A stretch of DNA of 64,000 nt, from NCBI RefSeq assembly GCF_009914755.1, contig NC_060945.1. One strand, written 5' to 3'. The notes under the pieces are model-generated. The model was not told the DNA's origin. It saw only the letters and a list, made by a program, of their open reading frames with translations, and did no database searches. This document shows, piece after piece, positions 14,158 through 25,510 of this stretch (the first letter of the stretch is position 1; each line of letters begins with the position of its first letter). This stretch comes from the human T2T-CHM13v2.0 reference genome, Homo sapiens. Made by a program: the position numbers and the translations under genes.

Positions 14158-15636
14158 AATGCATTTCACCATTCTTTTCCATTCCATTCAACTCCATTCC
14201 ATTCCATTCCACTCCACTCCACTGCACTCCACTTCACTCTACTCTCCTGCACTCCCTTCCATCCCACTTCACTCCATTCCATTCCATTCCGTTCCGTTCC
14301 GTTCCGTTCCGTTCCATTCCATTCCGTTCCATTCCATTCCTTTCCTTTCCACTGCACTCAGATTGACTCGACTCAACTCCACTGCACTCCACTCCATTCC
14401 GTTCCATTCCTTTCCATTCCATTCCTTTCCTTTATGTTCCATTCCATTCCTATCCACTCCAAACAATTCCAGTCCACTCCTTTCCATTAAATTCCTCTTC
14501 ACTCCACTCCACTAAACTCCACTCCTTCCCATTCCATTCCACTGCACTCTGATGCACCCCACTCAACTCCACTCCACTCTACTCCACTCCACTCCATTCA
14601 ATTCTGCTGCCCTCCAATCCACTCCACTGCACTCCACTCCCTTCCTTTCCATTCCAATCCATACCATTCCACTGCACTCCTCTCCATTCCACTCCACTCC
14701 ATTCCATTCCACTCCACTCCATTCCATTCCACTTCACTCCATTCCATTCCACTCCACTCCTTTCCATTCCACTCCACTCCATCCCATTCCTTTCCATTCC
14801 ATTACATTCCATTACATTCCACTCCACTCCATCCCATTCCTTTCTATTCCGTTCCATTCCATTCCATTCCATTCCATTCCTTTCCATTCCATTCCACTGC
14901 ACTCCGATCCACTCCACTCAACTCCTCTCCACTGTATTCCATTCTGTTCCATTCCGTTGCATTCCATTCCTTTCCATTCCTTTCAATTTCATTCCATTCC
15001 ATTCCATTCCACTCCACTCCATGCCATTCCACTCCATTCCACTCTACTCCACTCCACTCCAATCCCCTCCACTCTACTCCCTTACATTCCATTCCATTCC
15101 ATTGCACTGCATTCCTATCCACTCCACTCAACTCCATTGCACTCTACTCCACTTCATTCCACTGTGTTGCATTCCATTTCATTCATTTCCTCTCCATTCC
15201 ATTCCACTCCATTCCATTCCACTCCACTCGATTCCACTCCACTCCATTTCACTCCATTGCACTCCATTCCACTCCACTCCACTCCATTCCATTCCACTCT
15301 ATTACATTCCATTCCACTCCATTCCATTCAATTCCATTCCATACCATTCCACTCCATTCAACTCCACTTCACTCCACTCCACTCCAATTCCCTCCACTCC
15401 ACTCCAATCCACTCCACTCCACTCCATTCCATTCCACTCCATTCCATTCCACTTCACTCTGCTCCATTCCATTCCACTACACTCCACTCCATTCCATTCC
15501 ATTTTTTTGAAATCCACTCCATTCCATTTCACTCCACTCCACCCCAATCCACACCACTCCACTTCACTCCACTCCATTCCATTCCATTCCATTCCATTCC
15601 ATTCCATTCCATTCCATTCCATTCCACTGCACTCCA

Positions 15637-16410
15637 ATCTTCACATAAAATGTAGACAGAAGCTTTCTGAGAAACTTTTCTCTGATGTGTGCATTCATCT
15701 CACAGATGTGAACCATTCTTTTGTTTGAGCAGTTTGGTAACATTCTTTTTGTAGAATCTGCAAAAGGATATTTGTGAGCACTTTGAAGCCTATGGTGAAA
15801 AAGGAAATATCTTCAGAGAAAAACTAGAAAGAAGGTTTCTGAGAAACTGCTTTGTCATGTGTGAATTAGTCTCACAGATTTGAACCTTTCTGTTGATTGA
15901 ACATATTGGAAACCTTCTTTTTGTAGAATCTGCAAAGGGATATTTGTGAACACTTGGAGGCCAATGGTGAAAAAGGAAATATATTCACATGAAAACTAGA
16001 CAGAATCTTTCTGAGACACTTCTGTGTTTGGAGTGCACTCATCTCAAACAGTTGAACCTTTCTTTTGATTGAGCAGTTTGGAAACAGTCTTTTTGTAGGA
16101 TCAGCAATGAGATGTTTGTGAGTGCTTTGAGGCCTATGGCAAAAAAGGAAATATCTTCACATAACAACTAGACAGAAGGTTTCTGAGAAACTGCTTTGTA
16201 ATGTGTGCATTCATCTCCCAGTGGTAAACATTTATTTTCATTGAGCAGATGGGAAACTTTTTTCTTGTAGAATCTGCAAAGGGATATTTGTGAGTGCTTT
16301 GAGGCCTATGGTGAAAAAGGAAATATCTTCATATAAAATGTAGACAGAAGCTTTCTGAGAAATTTATTTGTGATGTGTGCATTCTTCTCATAGAGTTGAA
16401 CCATTCTTCT
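15637..16410 (+). repeat. Alpha satellite, divergent monomeric, forward orientation (segment 1)
   Basis: ~171-172 bp units with atcttcacataaaa..agacagaagc..tctgagaaac..tgtgatgtgtgcattcatctcacagagttgaac; A-type box ggcctatggtgaaaaaggaaa. Confidence 0.97.
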
Positions 16411-17582
16411 CTATTTTTTTGGGAGCTCTGGGTTTATTTATTTATTTATTTACTTTTATTATTATTATACTTTAATTTTTAGGGAACATGTGTACAACGT
16501 GCTAGTTTGTTACACATGTATACATGTGCCATGTTTGTGTGCTGCACCCATGAACTCATCATTTAGCATTAGGTATATCTCCTAAGGCTATCCCTCCCCC
16601 TCCCCACACCTGACTACAGTCCCTGGTGTGTGGTGTGTGATGTTTCCCTTCCTGTGTCCATGTGTTCTCTTTGATCAACTCCCAACTATGAGTGAGAACA
16701 TGTGGTGTTTTATTTTTTGTCCTTGCAATAGTTCACTGAGAATGATGGTTTCCAGCTTCATCCATGTCCCTACAAAGAACATGAACTCATCATTTTTTAT
16801 GGCTGCATAGTGTTCCATGATGTATATGTGCCACATTTTCTTCATCCAGTCTATCGTGGTTGGACATTTACGTTGGTTCCAAGTCTTTGCTATTGTGAAT
16901 AGTGCCACTATAAACATATGTGTGCATGTGTCTTTATAGCAGCATGATTTATAATCCTTTGGGTATATACCCAGTAATGGCATGGCTGGGTCAAGTGGTA
17001 TTTCTAGTTCTAGATCCCTGAGGAATCTCCTTACCGACTTCCACAATGGTTGAACTAGTTTACAGTCCCATTAACAGTGCAAAAATGTTCCTATTTCTCA
17101 CATCCTCTCCAGCACCTGTTGTTTCCTGACTTTTTAATGATCGCCATTCTAACTGGTGTGAGATGGTATCTCATTGTGGTTTGACTTGCATTTCTCTGAT
17201 GGCCAGTGAAGATGAGCATTTTTTCATTTGTTCATTGGCTGCATAAATGTCTTCTTTTGAGAAATGTCTGTTCATATCCTTTGCCCACTTTTTGATGGAG
17301 TTGTTTGTTTTTTTCCTGTAAATTTGTCTGAGTTCATTGTAGATTCTAGATATTAGCCCTTTGTCAGATGAATAGGTTTCAAAAATTTTCTCCCATTCCG
17401 TAGGATGCCTGTTCACTCTGATGGTGGTTTCTTTTGCTGTGCAGAAGCTCCTTAGTTTAATGAGATCCCATTTGTCAATTGTGGCTTTTGTTGACATTGC
17501 TTTAGGTGTTTTAGACATGAAGTACTTGCCCTTGTCTATGTCCTGAATGGTATTGCCTAGGTTTTCTTCTAGAGATTTTATG
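16411..17582 (-). mobile_element. 5'-truncated LINE-1 (~1.15 kb; L1PA4/L1PA5-like), ORF2 C-terminus + 3'UTR + tail
   Basis: Antisense L1 3' end (ttattatacttt..agggaacatgtg) and ORF2p C-terminal peptides ([28 protein letters not shown]; [16 protein letters not shown]). Flanked by the direct repeat tgaaccattctt (16397-16408) / tgaagcattctt (17583-17594). Subfamily is tentative, from 3'UTR GCTAAATGA and AACATGG variants. Confidence 0.95.
16675..17582 (-). pseudogene. L1 ORF2p C-terminal remnant (disrupted)
   Basis: ORFs 17171..17590 and 16675..17046 are broken pieces of the L1 ORF2p C-terminal region. Confidence 0.85.
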
Positions 17583-20500
17583 TGAAGCATTCTTTTGATT
17601 AATCAATTTGGATACTCTGTTGTTGTAGAATCTACAAGGAGATATTTGTGAGCGCTTTGATGCCTATGGTGAAAAAGGAAATATCTTCACCTAAAAACTA
17701 GACAGAAGCATTCTGAGAAACTTCTTTGCGATGTATGCATTCGTCTCACACAGTTGAACCTTTCTTCTGATTGAGCAGTTTCAAAACAGTCCTTTTGTAG
17801 AATCTTCAAAGGGATATTTGTGAGCCCATTGAGGCCTATGGTGAAATAGGAAATATCTTCATATAAAAACTAGTCAGAAGATTTCTGGAAACTTATTTGT
17901 GATGTGTGCTTTCACCTCACAGAGTTGAACCTTTCTTTTGATTGAGCAGTTTGAAAACACACTTTTTGTAGAATCTGCAAATGGATATTTGGAGCACTTT
18001 GAGGACTATGGTGAAAAAGGAAATATCTTCACATAAAAATTAGAAAGCAACATTTTATGAAACTTCTTTGTGATGCGTGCTTTCATCTCACATAGTTGAA
18101 CCTTTCTATTCATTGAGTAGTTTGGAAACCATCTTTTGTAGAATCTGCAAATGGATATTTGGAGTGGTTTGAGGCCTTCGTGAGAAAGGAAATATCTTCA
18201 CATAAAAACTAGACAGAAGCATCCTGAGAAACTTCTTGGTGACGTGTGCATTTACCACACAGAGTTGAACTGATCTGTTGATTGAACAGTTTGGTAACAG
18301 TCTTTTTGTAGTATCTGTAGAGGGATGTTTGTGAGCAGTTTGAGGCCTATGGTGAGCAAGGAAATATCTTCACATAAAAACTAGACAGAAGCTTTCTGAG
18401 AAATTTCTTTGTGATGTGTGAATTAATCTCAGAGTGTTGAATCTTTCTTTGGATTGAGCAGTTTGTAAACAATCCTTTTGTAGAATCTGCAAAGGTATAT
18501 TTCTGAGCCCATTGAGGCCTATGGTGAAATATGAAATATCTTCCCATAAAAAGAAGATAGAAGGTTTCTAAGAAACTTCTCAGTGATGTGTGCTTCCATC
18601 TCACAGAGTTGAACATTTCTATTCATTGAGCAGTTTGGAAACCATCTTTTTGCAGAATCTGCAAATGGATATTTGGAGTGGTTTGAGGACTTTGTGAGAA
18701 AGGAAATATCTTCACATTAAAACTAGACAGAAGCATTCTGAGAAACTTCTTGGTGACGTGTGCATTTATCACACAGAGTTAAACCCTTCTTTTGATTGAA
18801 CAGTTTGGAAACAGTCTTTTTGTAGTATCTGTAGAGTGATTTTTGTGAGCAGTTTAAGGCCTATGGTGAACAAGGAAATATCTTCACATAAAAACTAGGC
18901 AGAAGCTTTCTGAGAAACTTCTTTGTGATGTGTGAACTCATCTCACAGTGTTGAACCTTTGTTTGGATGGAGCAGTTTGTAAACAATCCTTTTGTAGAAT
19001 CTGCAAAGGTATATTTCTGAGCCCATTGAGGCCTATGGTGAAATACGAAATATCTTCCCATAAAAACTAGACAGAAGGTTTCTAAGAAACTTCTTTGTGA
19101 TGTGTGCTTCCATCTAACAGAGTTGAACCTTTCTTTTGATTGAGCAGTTTGGAGACACTCTTTTTGTAGAATCTGCAAATGTATATTTGGAGCGCTTTGA
19201 GGCCTATGGTAAAAAAGGAAATACCATCACATAAAAATTCGATGGAAGAATTCTGAGAAACTTCTTTGTGAGGGTTGGATTCATCTCACACATTTGAACA
19301 TTTCTTTGATTGAAGATTTGGAAACAGTCTTTTTGTAAAATCTATAAAGGGATAATTGTGAACCCTTTGAGGCCTAGGGTGAAGTAGGAAATATCTTCAC
19401 ATAAAAACTACACAGAAATTTTCTGAGAAACGTTTTAGTGATGCGTGCATTCATCTCACAGTGTTGAACCTTTCCTTTGCTAGAGCACTTTGGAAACAGT
19501 CCTATTGTAGAATCCCCAAAGGGATACTTCTCAGCCGATTGAGGCCTTTGGTGATATTGGAAATATCTTCACATAAAAGCTAGACAGAAGCTTTCTGAGA
19601 AACTTATTTTTAATGAGTGCTCTCATCTCAAAGAGTTAAGTGTTTCTTTTGAATGAGCAGTTTGGAAACACTCTTTTTGCATAATCTGCAAATGGATAAT
19701 TGGAGCGTTTTGAGGCCTATGGTGAAAAAGGAAATATCTTCACATAAAAACTAAACAGAAGTTTTCTGGGAAACTACTTTGTAATGTGTGCATTCATCTC
19801 ACAGCGTTGAAAACTTCTTTTGATTGAGCAGTTTGTAAACAGTCTTTTTTGTAGAATCTGCAAATGGATATTTGGAGTGCTCTGAGTTCTATAGTGAAAA
19901 AGGAAATATCTTCCAAAAAAAACTAGAAAGAAACATTCTGAGAAACTTCTTTGTGATATGTACTTTCATCTCACAGAGTTGAACCTTTCTTTTCATTGAG
20001 CAGTTTGGAAACAGACTTTTTATAGAATCTGGAAATGCATATTTGGAGAGCTTTGAGGCCTATGGAGAAAAAGGAAATATCTTCAGATAAACACTAAACA
20101 GAAGCTTTCTGAGAAACTTCTTTGTGATGCCTGCATTCATATCACAGAGCTGAAACTTTCTTTTGATTTAGCAGTTTGTAAACAGTCTTTTGGTAGAATC
20201 TGCAAATAGATACTTGGAGTGCTTTGAGGCCTATGTTGAAAAAGGAAATATCTTCACAAAAAATCTAGAAAGATACATTCTGAGAAACTTCTTTGTGATG
20301 TGTGCTTTCACCTCACGGAGTTGAAACTTTCTTTTCATTGAGCAACTTGGAAACAGTCTTTTTGTGGAATCTGCAAATGGATATTTGGAGCGCTTTGAGG
20401 CTTGTGGTGAAAAAGGAAATATCTCATGTAAACCCTAGACAGAAGTATTCTGAGAAACTTCTTTGTATTGTGTCCATTCATCTCACAGAGTTGAAACTTT

Positions 20501-23500
20501 CTTTGGATTGAGCAGTTTGGAAATAGTCTTTTTGTAGAATCTGTGAAAAATATTTTTGGGCCCTTTATGGCCCATGGTGAAACAGAAAATATCCTCAAAG
20601 AAAAACTAGACATAAGCTTTCTGAGAAACTTCTTTGTGATGTGTACTTTCAACACACGGAGTTGTAGCTTTCTTTTGATTGAGCAGTTTTGAAACAGTCT
20701 TTTTGCGGAATCAGCAAATGGATGTTTGGAGTGCTTTGAGGCCTATGGTGAAAAAGTGAATAACTTCACATAAAAAATAGACAGAAGCATTGTGAGAAAC
20801 ATCTCTGTGATGTGTGCATTCATCTCACAGAGTTGAACCTTTCTTTGATTGAGCAGTTTGGAAACAGTCCTTTTGTAGAATCTGCAAAGGGATATTTCTG
20901 AGCCCATTGAAGCCTAGGGTGAAAAAGAAATGTCTTCCCATAAAAAGTAGATAGAAGCATTCTGATAAACTTTTTTGTGGTGTGTCCATTCATCTCACAG
21001 AGTTGAAACTTCCCTTGGATTGAGCAGTTTGAAAACAGTCTTTTTGCAGAATTTACAAAAAAATTTTGTGAGCCCTATATGGCCCATGGTGAAATAGGAA
21101 ATATCGTCACATAAAAAATAGACAGAAGCTTTCTGAGAGACTACTTTGTGATGTTTGCTTCCGTGTCACAGGTTTGAACCTTTCTTTTGATTGAGCAGTT
21201 TGGAAACACTCTTTTTGTAGAATCTACAAATGGGTATTTGGAGCGCTTTGAGGCCTATGGTGAAAAAAGAAATATCTGCACATAAAAACTAGACAGATGC
21301 ATTCTGCAAAACTTCTTTGTGATGTGTGCATTCATCTCACAGAGTTGAATCTTTCTTTGGATTCAGCAGTTTTCTAAACAGACCTTTTGTAAAATCTACA
21401 AAGTAATACTTCTGAGCCCATTGAGGCCTATGGTGAAAAAGGAAATATCTTCACACGAAATCTTAACAGAAGCATTCTGAGAAACTTCTTTGTGATGTGT
21501 GCACTCATCTCACAGTGTTGAAACTTTCTTTTGATTGAGCAGTTTGGAAACAGTCTTTTTGTACAATCTGCAAAGGGATATTTCTGAGCCATTTGAGGCC
21601 TACTGTGAAAGAGAAATATCTTCATATAAAAACTAGCAAAAGCATTCTGAGAAACTTCTTTGTAATGTGTGCATTCATCACACAGAGTTGAAACTTTCTT
21701 TTGATTGAGCAGTTTGGGGACAGTCTTTTTGTATAATGTGCAAAAGGATATTTGTGAGCCCTTTCAGGACTGTGGTGAAATAGGGAATATCTTCACAAAA
21801 AAACTAGACCGAAGCTTTTGGAGAAACTTCTTTGTGTTGTGTGCTTTCATCTCACAGAGTTGAACTTTTCTTTTGATTGAGCAGTTTGGAAACATTCTTT
21901 TTGTAGAATCTGAAGATGGATATTTGCAGCATTTCAGGCCTATGGTGAACAGGAAATTTCTTCACATAAAAACTAGACAGAAGCATTCTGAGAAACTTCT
22001 TTGTGATGTGTGCATTCATGTCACAGAGTTAAAACTTTCTGTGGCTTGAGCAGTTTGGAAAGAATTCTTTTGCAGAATCTGCAAAGGGATGTTTGTGAGC
22101 CCATTGGGGCCTATGGTGAAATAGGAAATGTCTTCACATAAAAACTAGGCAGAAGCTTTTTGTAAAACTTCTTTGTGCTGTGTGCTTTCACCACAAAGAG
22201 TTGAACCTCTCTTTTGAGTGAGCAGTTTGGAAACACTCTTTTTGTAGAAATTGCAAATGGATATTTGGAGTGCTTTGACGCCTATAGTGAAAAAGAAAAT
22301 ATCTGCATTTAAAAACTAGACAGAAACTTTCTGAGAAACTTCTTTGTGATGTGTGCTTTCATCTCACAGATTTGGACCTTGCTTTTCATTGAGAAGTTTG
22401 GCAACAACTCGTTTTGTAGAATCTGCAAAGAGATATTTGTCAGCAGTTTGAGGCCTATGGTGAAAAAGTAAATATCTTCACCTAAAACCTAGACAGAAGC
22501 ATTTTGAGAAAACTCTTTGTGATGTTTGCATTCATCTCACTGAGTTGAACCTTTCTGTTCATTGAGCAGTGTGGAAACATGCTTTTTGTGCAATCTGCAA
22601 AGGAATATTTGTTTGCGGTTTGAGACCTATGGTGAAAAAGTAATAACTTCAAATAAAAACTGGACAGAAACATTCTGATAAACTAATTTTGCATGTGTGC
22701 ATTGATCTCACAGAGTTGAATCTTTCTTTTGATGAAGCAGTTCGGAAACAGTTTTTTGTAGAATCTGAATAGGGATATTTGTGATCCCTTTGAGGCCTAA
22801 GGAGAAATAGGAAATATCTTCACATAAAAACTAGACGGAAACTTTCTGAGAAAGTTCTTTGTGACGTGGGCTTTCATCTCACAGATGTGAAACTTTATTT
22901 TGATTGAGCAGTTTGGAAAGAGTCTTTTGTAGTATCTGCAGAGGGCTATTAGTGAGCGGACAGGCTTATAGTGAAAAAAGAAGTGGCTTCTCAAAAAAAC
23001 TATACAGAAGAATTCTGAGAGACTTCTTTGTAATGTGTGCATTTATCTTACAGTGTTAAACCTTTCTTTTGATCGAGCTTTTTGGAAACACTCTTTTTGT
23101 AGCATCTGCAAGAGTATACTTCTGAGCCCATTGAGACCTATTTTGAAATATGAAATATCTTCACATAAAAACTAGATAGAAGGTTTCTAAGAAACACTTG
23201 TGTGAAGTGTGCTTTCATCTCACAGAGTTGAACCTCTCTTTTCATTGAGCAGTTTGAAAACACTCTTTTTGTAGAATCTGCAAGTGGATATTTGGAGTGC
23301 TTTCAGGCCCATGGTGAAAAAGGAAATACCTTCACATAATAACCACACAGAAGCATTCTGAGAAACTTCTTTGTGATGTGTGCATTCATCTCACAGTGTT
23401 GAAACTTTATTTTGTTTGAGCAGTTTAGAAACAGTCTTTTCCTGCATTCTGCAAAGGTGTATTTCTGAGCCATTTGAGGTCTATGTGAAAAAGAAATATC

Positions 23501-25066
23501 TTCATATTTAAACTAGACAGAAGCATTCTGAGGAACTTCTTTGTGATGTCTCCATTCATCTGACAGATTTGAAGATTTCTTTTAATTCACACTTTTGAAA
23601 CCATATTTTTGTAGAATCTGCAAAGGGATATTTTTGAGACATTTGAAGCTTATAGTGACATAGTAAATATCGTCACATAAAAACTAGACAGGAGAGTTCT
23701 GAGAAACTTCATTCTCATGTGTGCATTCACCTCACAGAATTTAAGCTTTCTTTTGATTGAGCAGTATGGAAATGGTTGTCTTTTAGAAACTGGAAAGGGA
23801 TATTTCTTAGCCCTTTGAGGCCTATGGTGAAACTGGAAATATCTTCACATGAAAACTAGACCGAAGCTTTCTGAGAAAGTCCTTTGAGATGTGTGCTTTC
23901 ATCTCACAGAGTTAAAACTTTCTTTTGATTGAGCAGTTTGGAAACACTCTTTTTGTGATATCTGTAAATGGATATTAGGAGTGCTTTGAGGTCAATGGTG
24001 ACAAAGGAAATATCCTCACATAAAAACTAAACAGAAATTTTCTGAGAAATTACTTTTTGATGTGTCCATTAATCTAACAGAGTTGAAACTTTCTTTTTAT
24101 TGAGCAGTTTGGATATAGTCTTTTTGTAGAATCTGCAAAAAAATATTTGTGAGCCCTTTATTGCCTATGGTGAAATAGGAATTTTCTTCACATATAAACT
24201 AGAAAGAAGCATTCTGAGAAACTTCTTTTTGATGTGTGCATTCATCTCACATAGTTGAAACTTTCTTTGGATTGAGCAGTTTGGAAACAGCCCTTTTGTA
24301 GAATCTGCAAAGGAATATTTCTGAGCGCATTGAGTACTATGGTGCAATGTGAAATATCTTCACATAAAAACTAGAAAGAAGCTTTCTAAGAAACTTCTTT
24401 GTGATGTGTGCTTTCATCTCACAGAATTGAAACTTTCTTTTGATTGAGGAGTTTGGAAACACTCTTTATCTAGAATCTGCAAATGGATATTTTGAGCGCT
24501 ATTGAGGCCCATGGTGAAAAACGCAATATCCTCACATAAAAACTAAACAGAAGCTTTCTGAGAGACTTCCTTGTGATGTGTGCATTCATCTCACAGAGTT
24601 GAACCTTTCTTTTTATTGAGCAGGTTAGAAAGAGGCTTATTGAACAATCTGCAAAGGGATAATTCTGATCATTTTGAGTCCTATGGTGAAAGAGAAATAT
24701 CTTCACATAAAAACTAGACAGAATCATTCCAAGAAATTTCTTTGTGATGTGTCCATTCATCTCACAGAGTTGAAACTTTCTTTTGATTGAGCAGTTTGGA
24801 AACAGTCTTTTTGTAGAACCTTCAAAGGGATATTTGTGAGCCCTTTATGACCTCAGGTAAAATAGAAAATATCTTCACATACAAACTAGAGAGAAGCTGT
24901 TTGAGTAACTTTTTTGTGATGTGTGCTTTCATCTCACAGAGGTAAAAATTTGTTTTGATTGATTAGTTTGGAAGCAGTCTTTTTGTTGAATCTGCAAATG
25001 GATGTTTGGATTGCTTTGAGGCCTATGTTGAGAAAGGTAATATGTTCACTAAAAACAAGACAGAAG
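17583..25066 (+). repeat. Alpha satellite, divergent monomeric, forward orientation (segment 2)
   Basis: ~44 tandem monomers mixing aaatggatatttggag and aagggatatttg/ctgag types; no CENP-B box seen. Confidence 0.97.
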
Positions 25067-25510
25067 ACTGGATTAAGAAAATGTGGCACATATACACCAT
25101 GGAATACTATGCAGCTATAATAAATGATGATTTCATGTACTTTGTAGGGACATAGATGAAATTGGAAATCACCATTCTCAGTAAACTATCGCAAGAACAA
25201 AAAACCAAACACTGCATATTCTCACTCAAGGGTGGGAATTGAACAATGAGAGCAACACATGGACACAGGAAGGGGAACATCACACTCTGGGGACTGTTGT
25301 GGGGTGGGGGGAAGGGGGAGGGATAGCATTGGGAGATATACCTAATGCTAGATGACGAGTTAGTGGGTGCAGCACACCAGCATGGCACATGTATACATAT
25401 GTAACAAACCTGCACATTGTGCACATGTACCCTAAAACTTAAAGTATAATAATAATAAATTAAAAAACTAACTTTGAAAGAAATAAAAAAGTGTTGAAAA
25501 TAAAAAAAAA
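25065..25510 (+). mobile_element. 5'-truncated LINE-1 3' fragment (~0.45 kb; L1PA2/L1PA3-like)
   Basis: agactggattaagaaaatgtggcacatatacacc... G-rich tract ... cctaatgctagatgacgagttagtgggtgcagc ... cctaaaacttaaagtataataat plus A-rich tail. It has GAG rather than ACA at the L1Hs-Ta diagnostic site. Confidence 0.95.

Larger units (their letters stand above)
1..15639 (+). repeat. Satellite III (HSat3)-type array, diverged (CATTC/CACTC)n, C-rich strand on +; continues beyond the window start
   Basis: Continuous ATTCC/ACTCC pentamers with variants (GTTCC, ACTGC, AATCC, TTTCC) and extreme strand asymmetry. The HSat2 signature CATTCGATTC is essentially absent. Confidence 0.96.

Noticed and set aside
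272-14170. Conserved short repeat separated by variable 'spacers', superficially CRISPR-like
   Set aside because: The repeat is an Alu remnant, the spacers are 0.4-3 kb of satellite, there are no cas genes, and the DNA is primate.
1-15639. HSat2 assignment
   Set aside because: CATTCGATTC-type units are only sporadic; the CATTC/CACTC composition fits HSat3.
37-15728. Long ORFs (up to 775 aa) of HSIPF/HSTPL or MEWNG/VEWSG repeats
   Set aside because: Pentamer repeats lack stop codons in all frames and give the same 5-residue cycle. Overlapping ORFs occur in every frame on both strands, with no promoter, splice or codon evidence.
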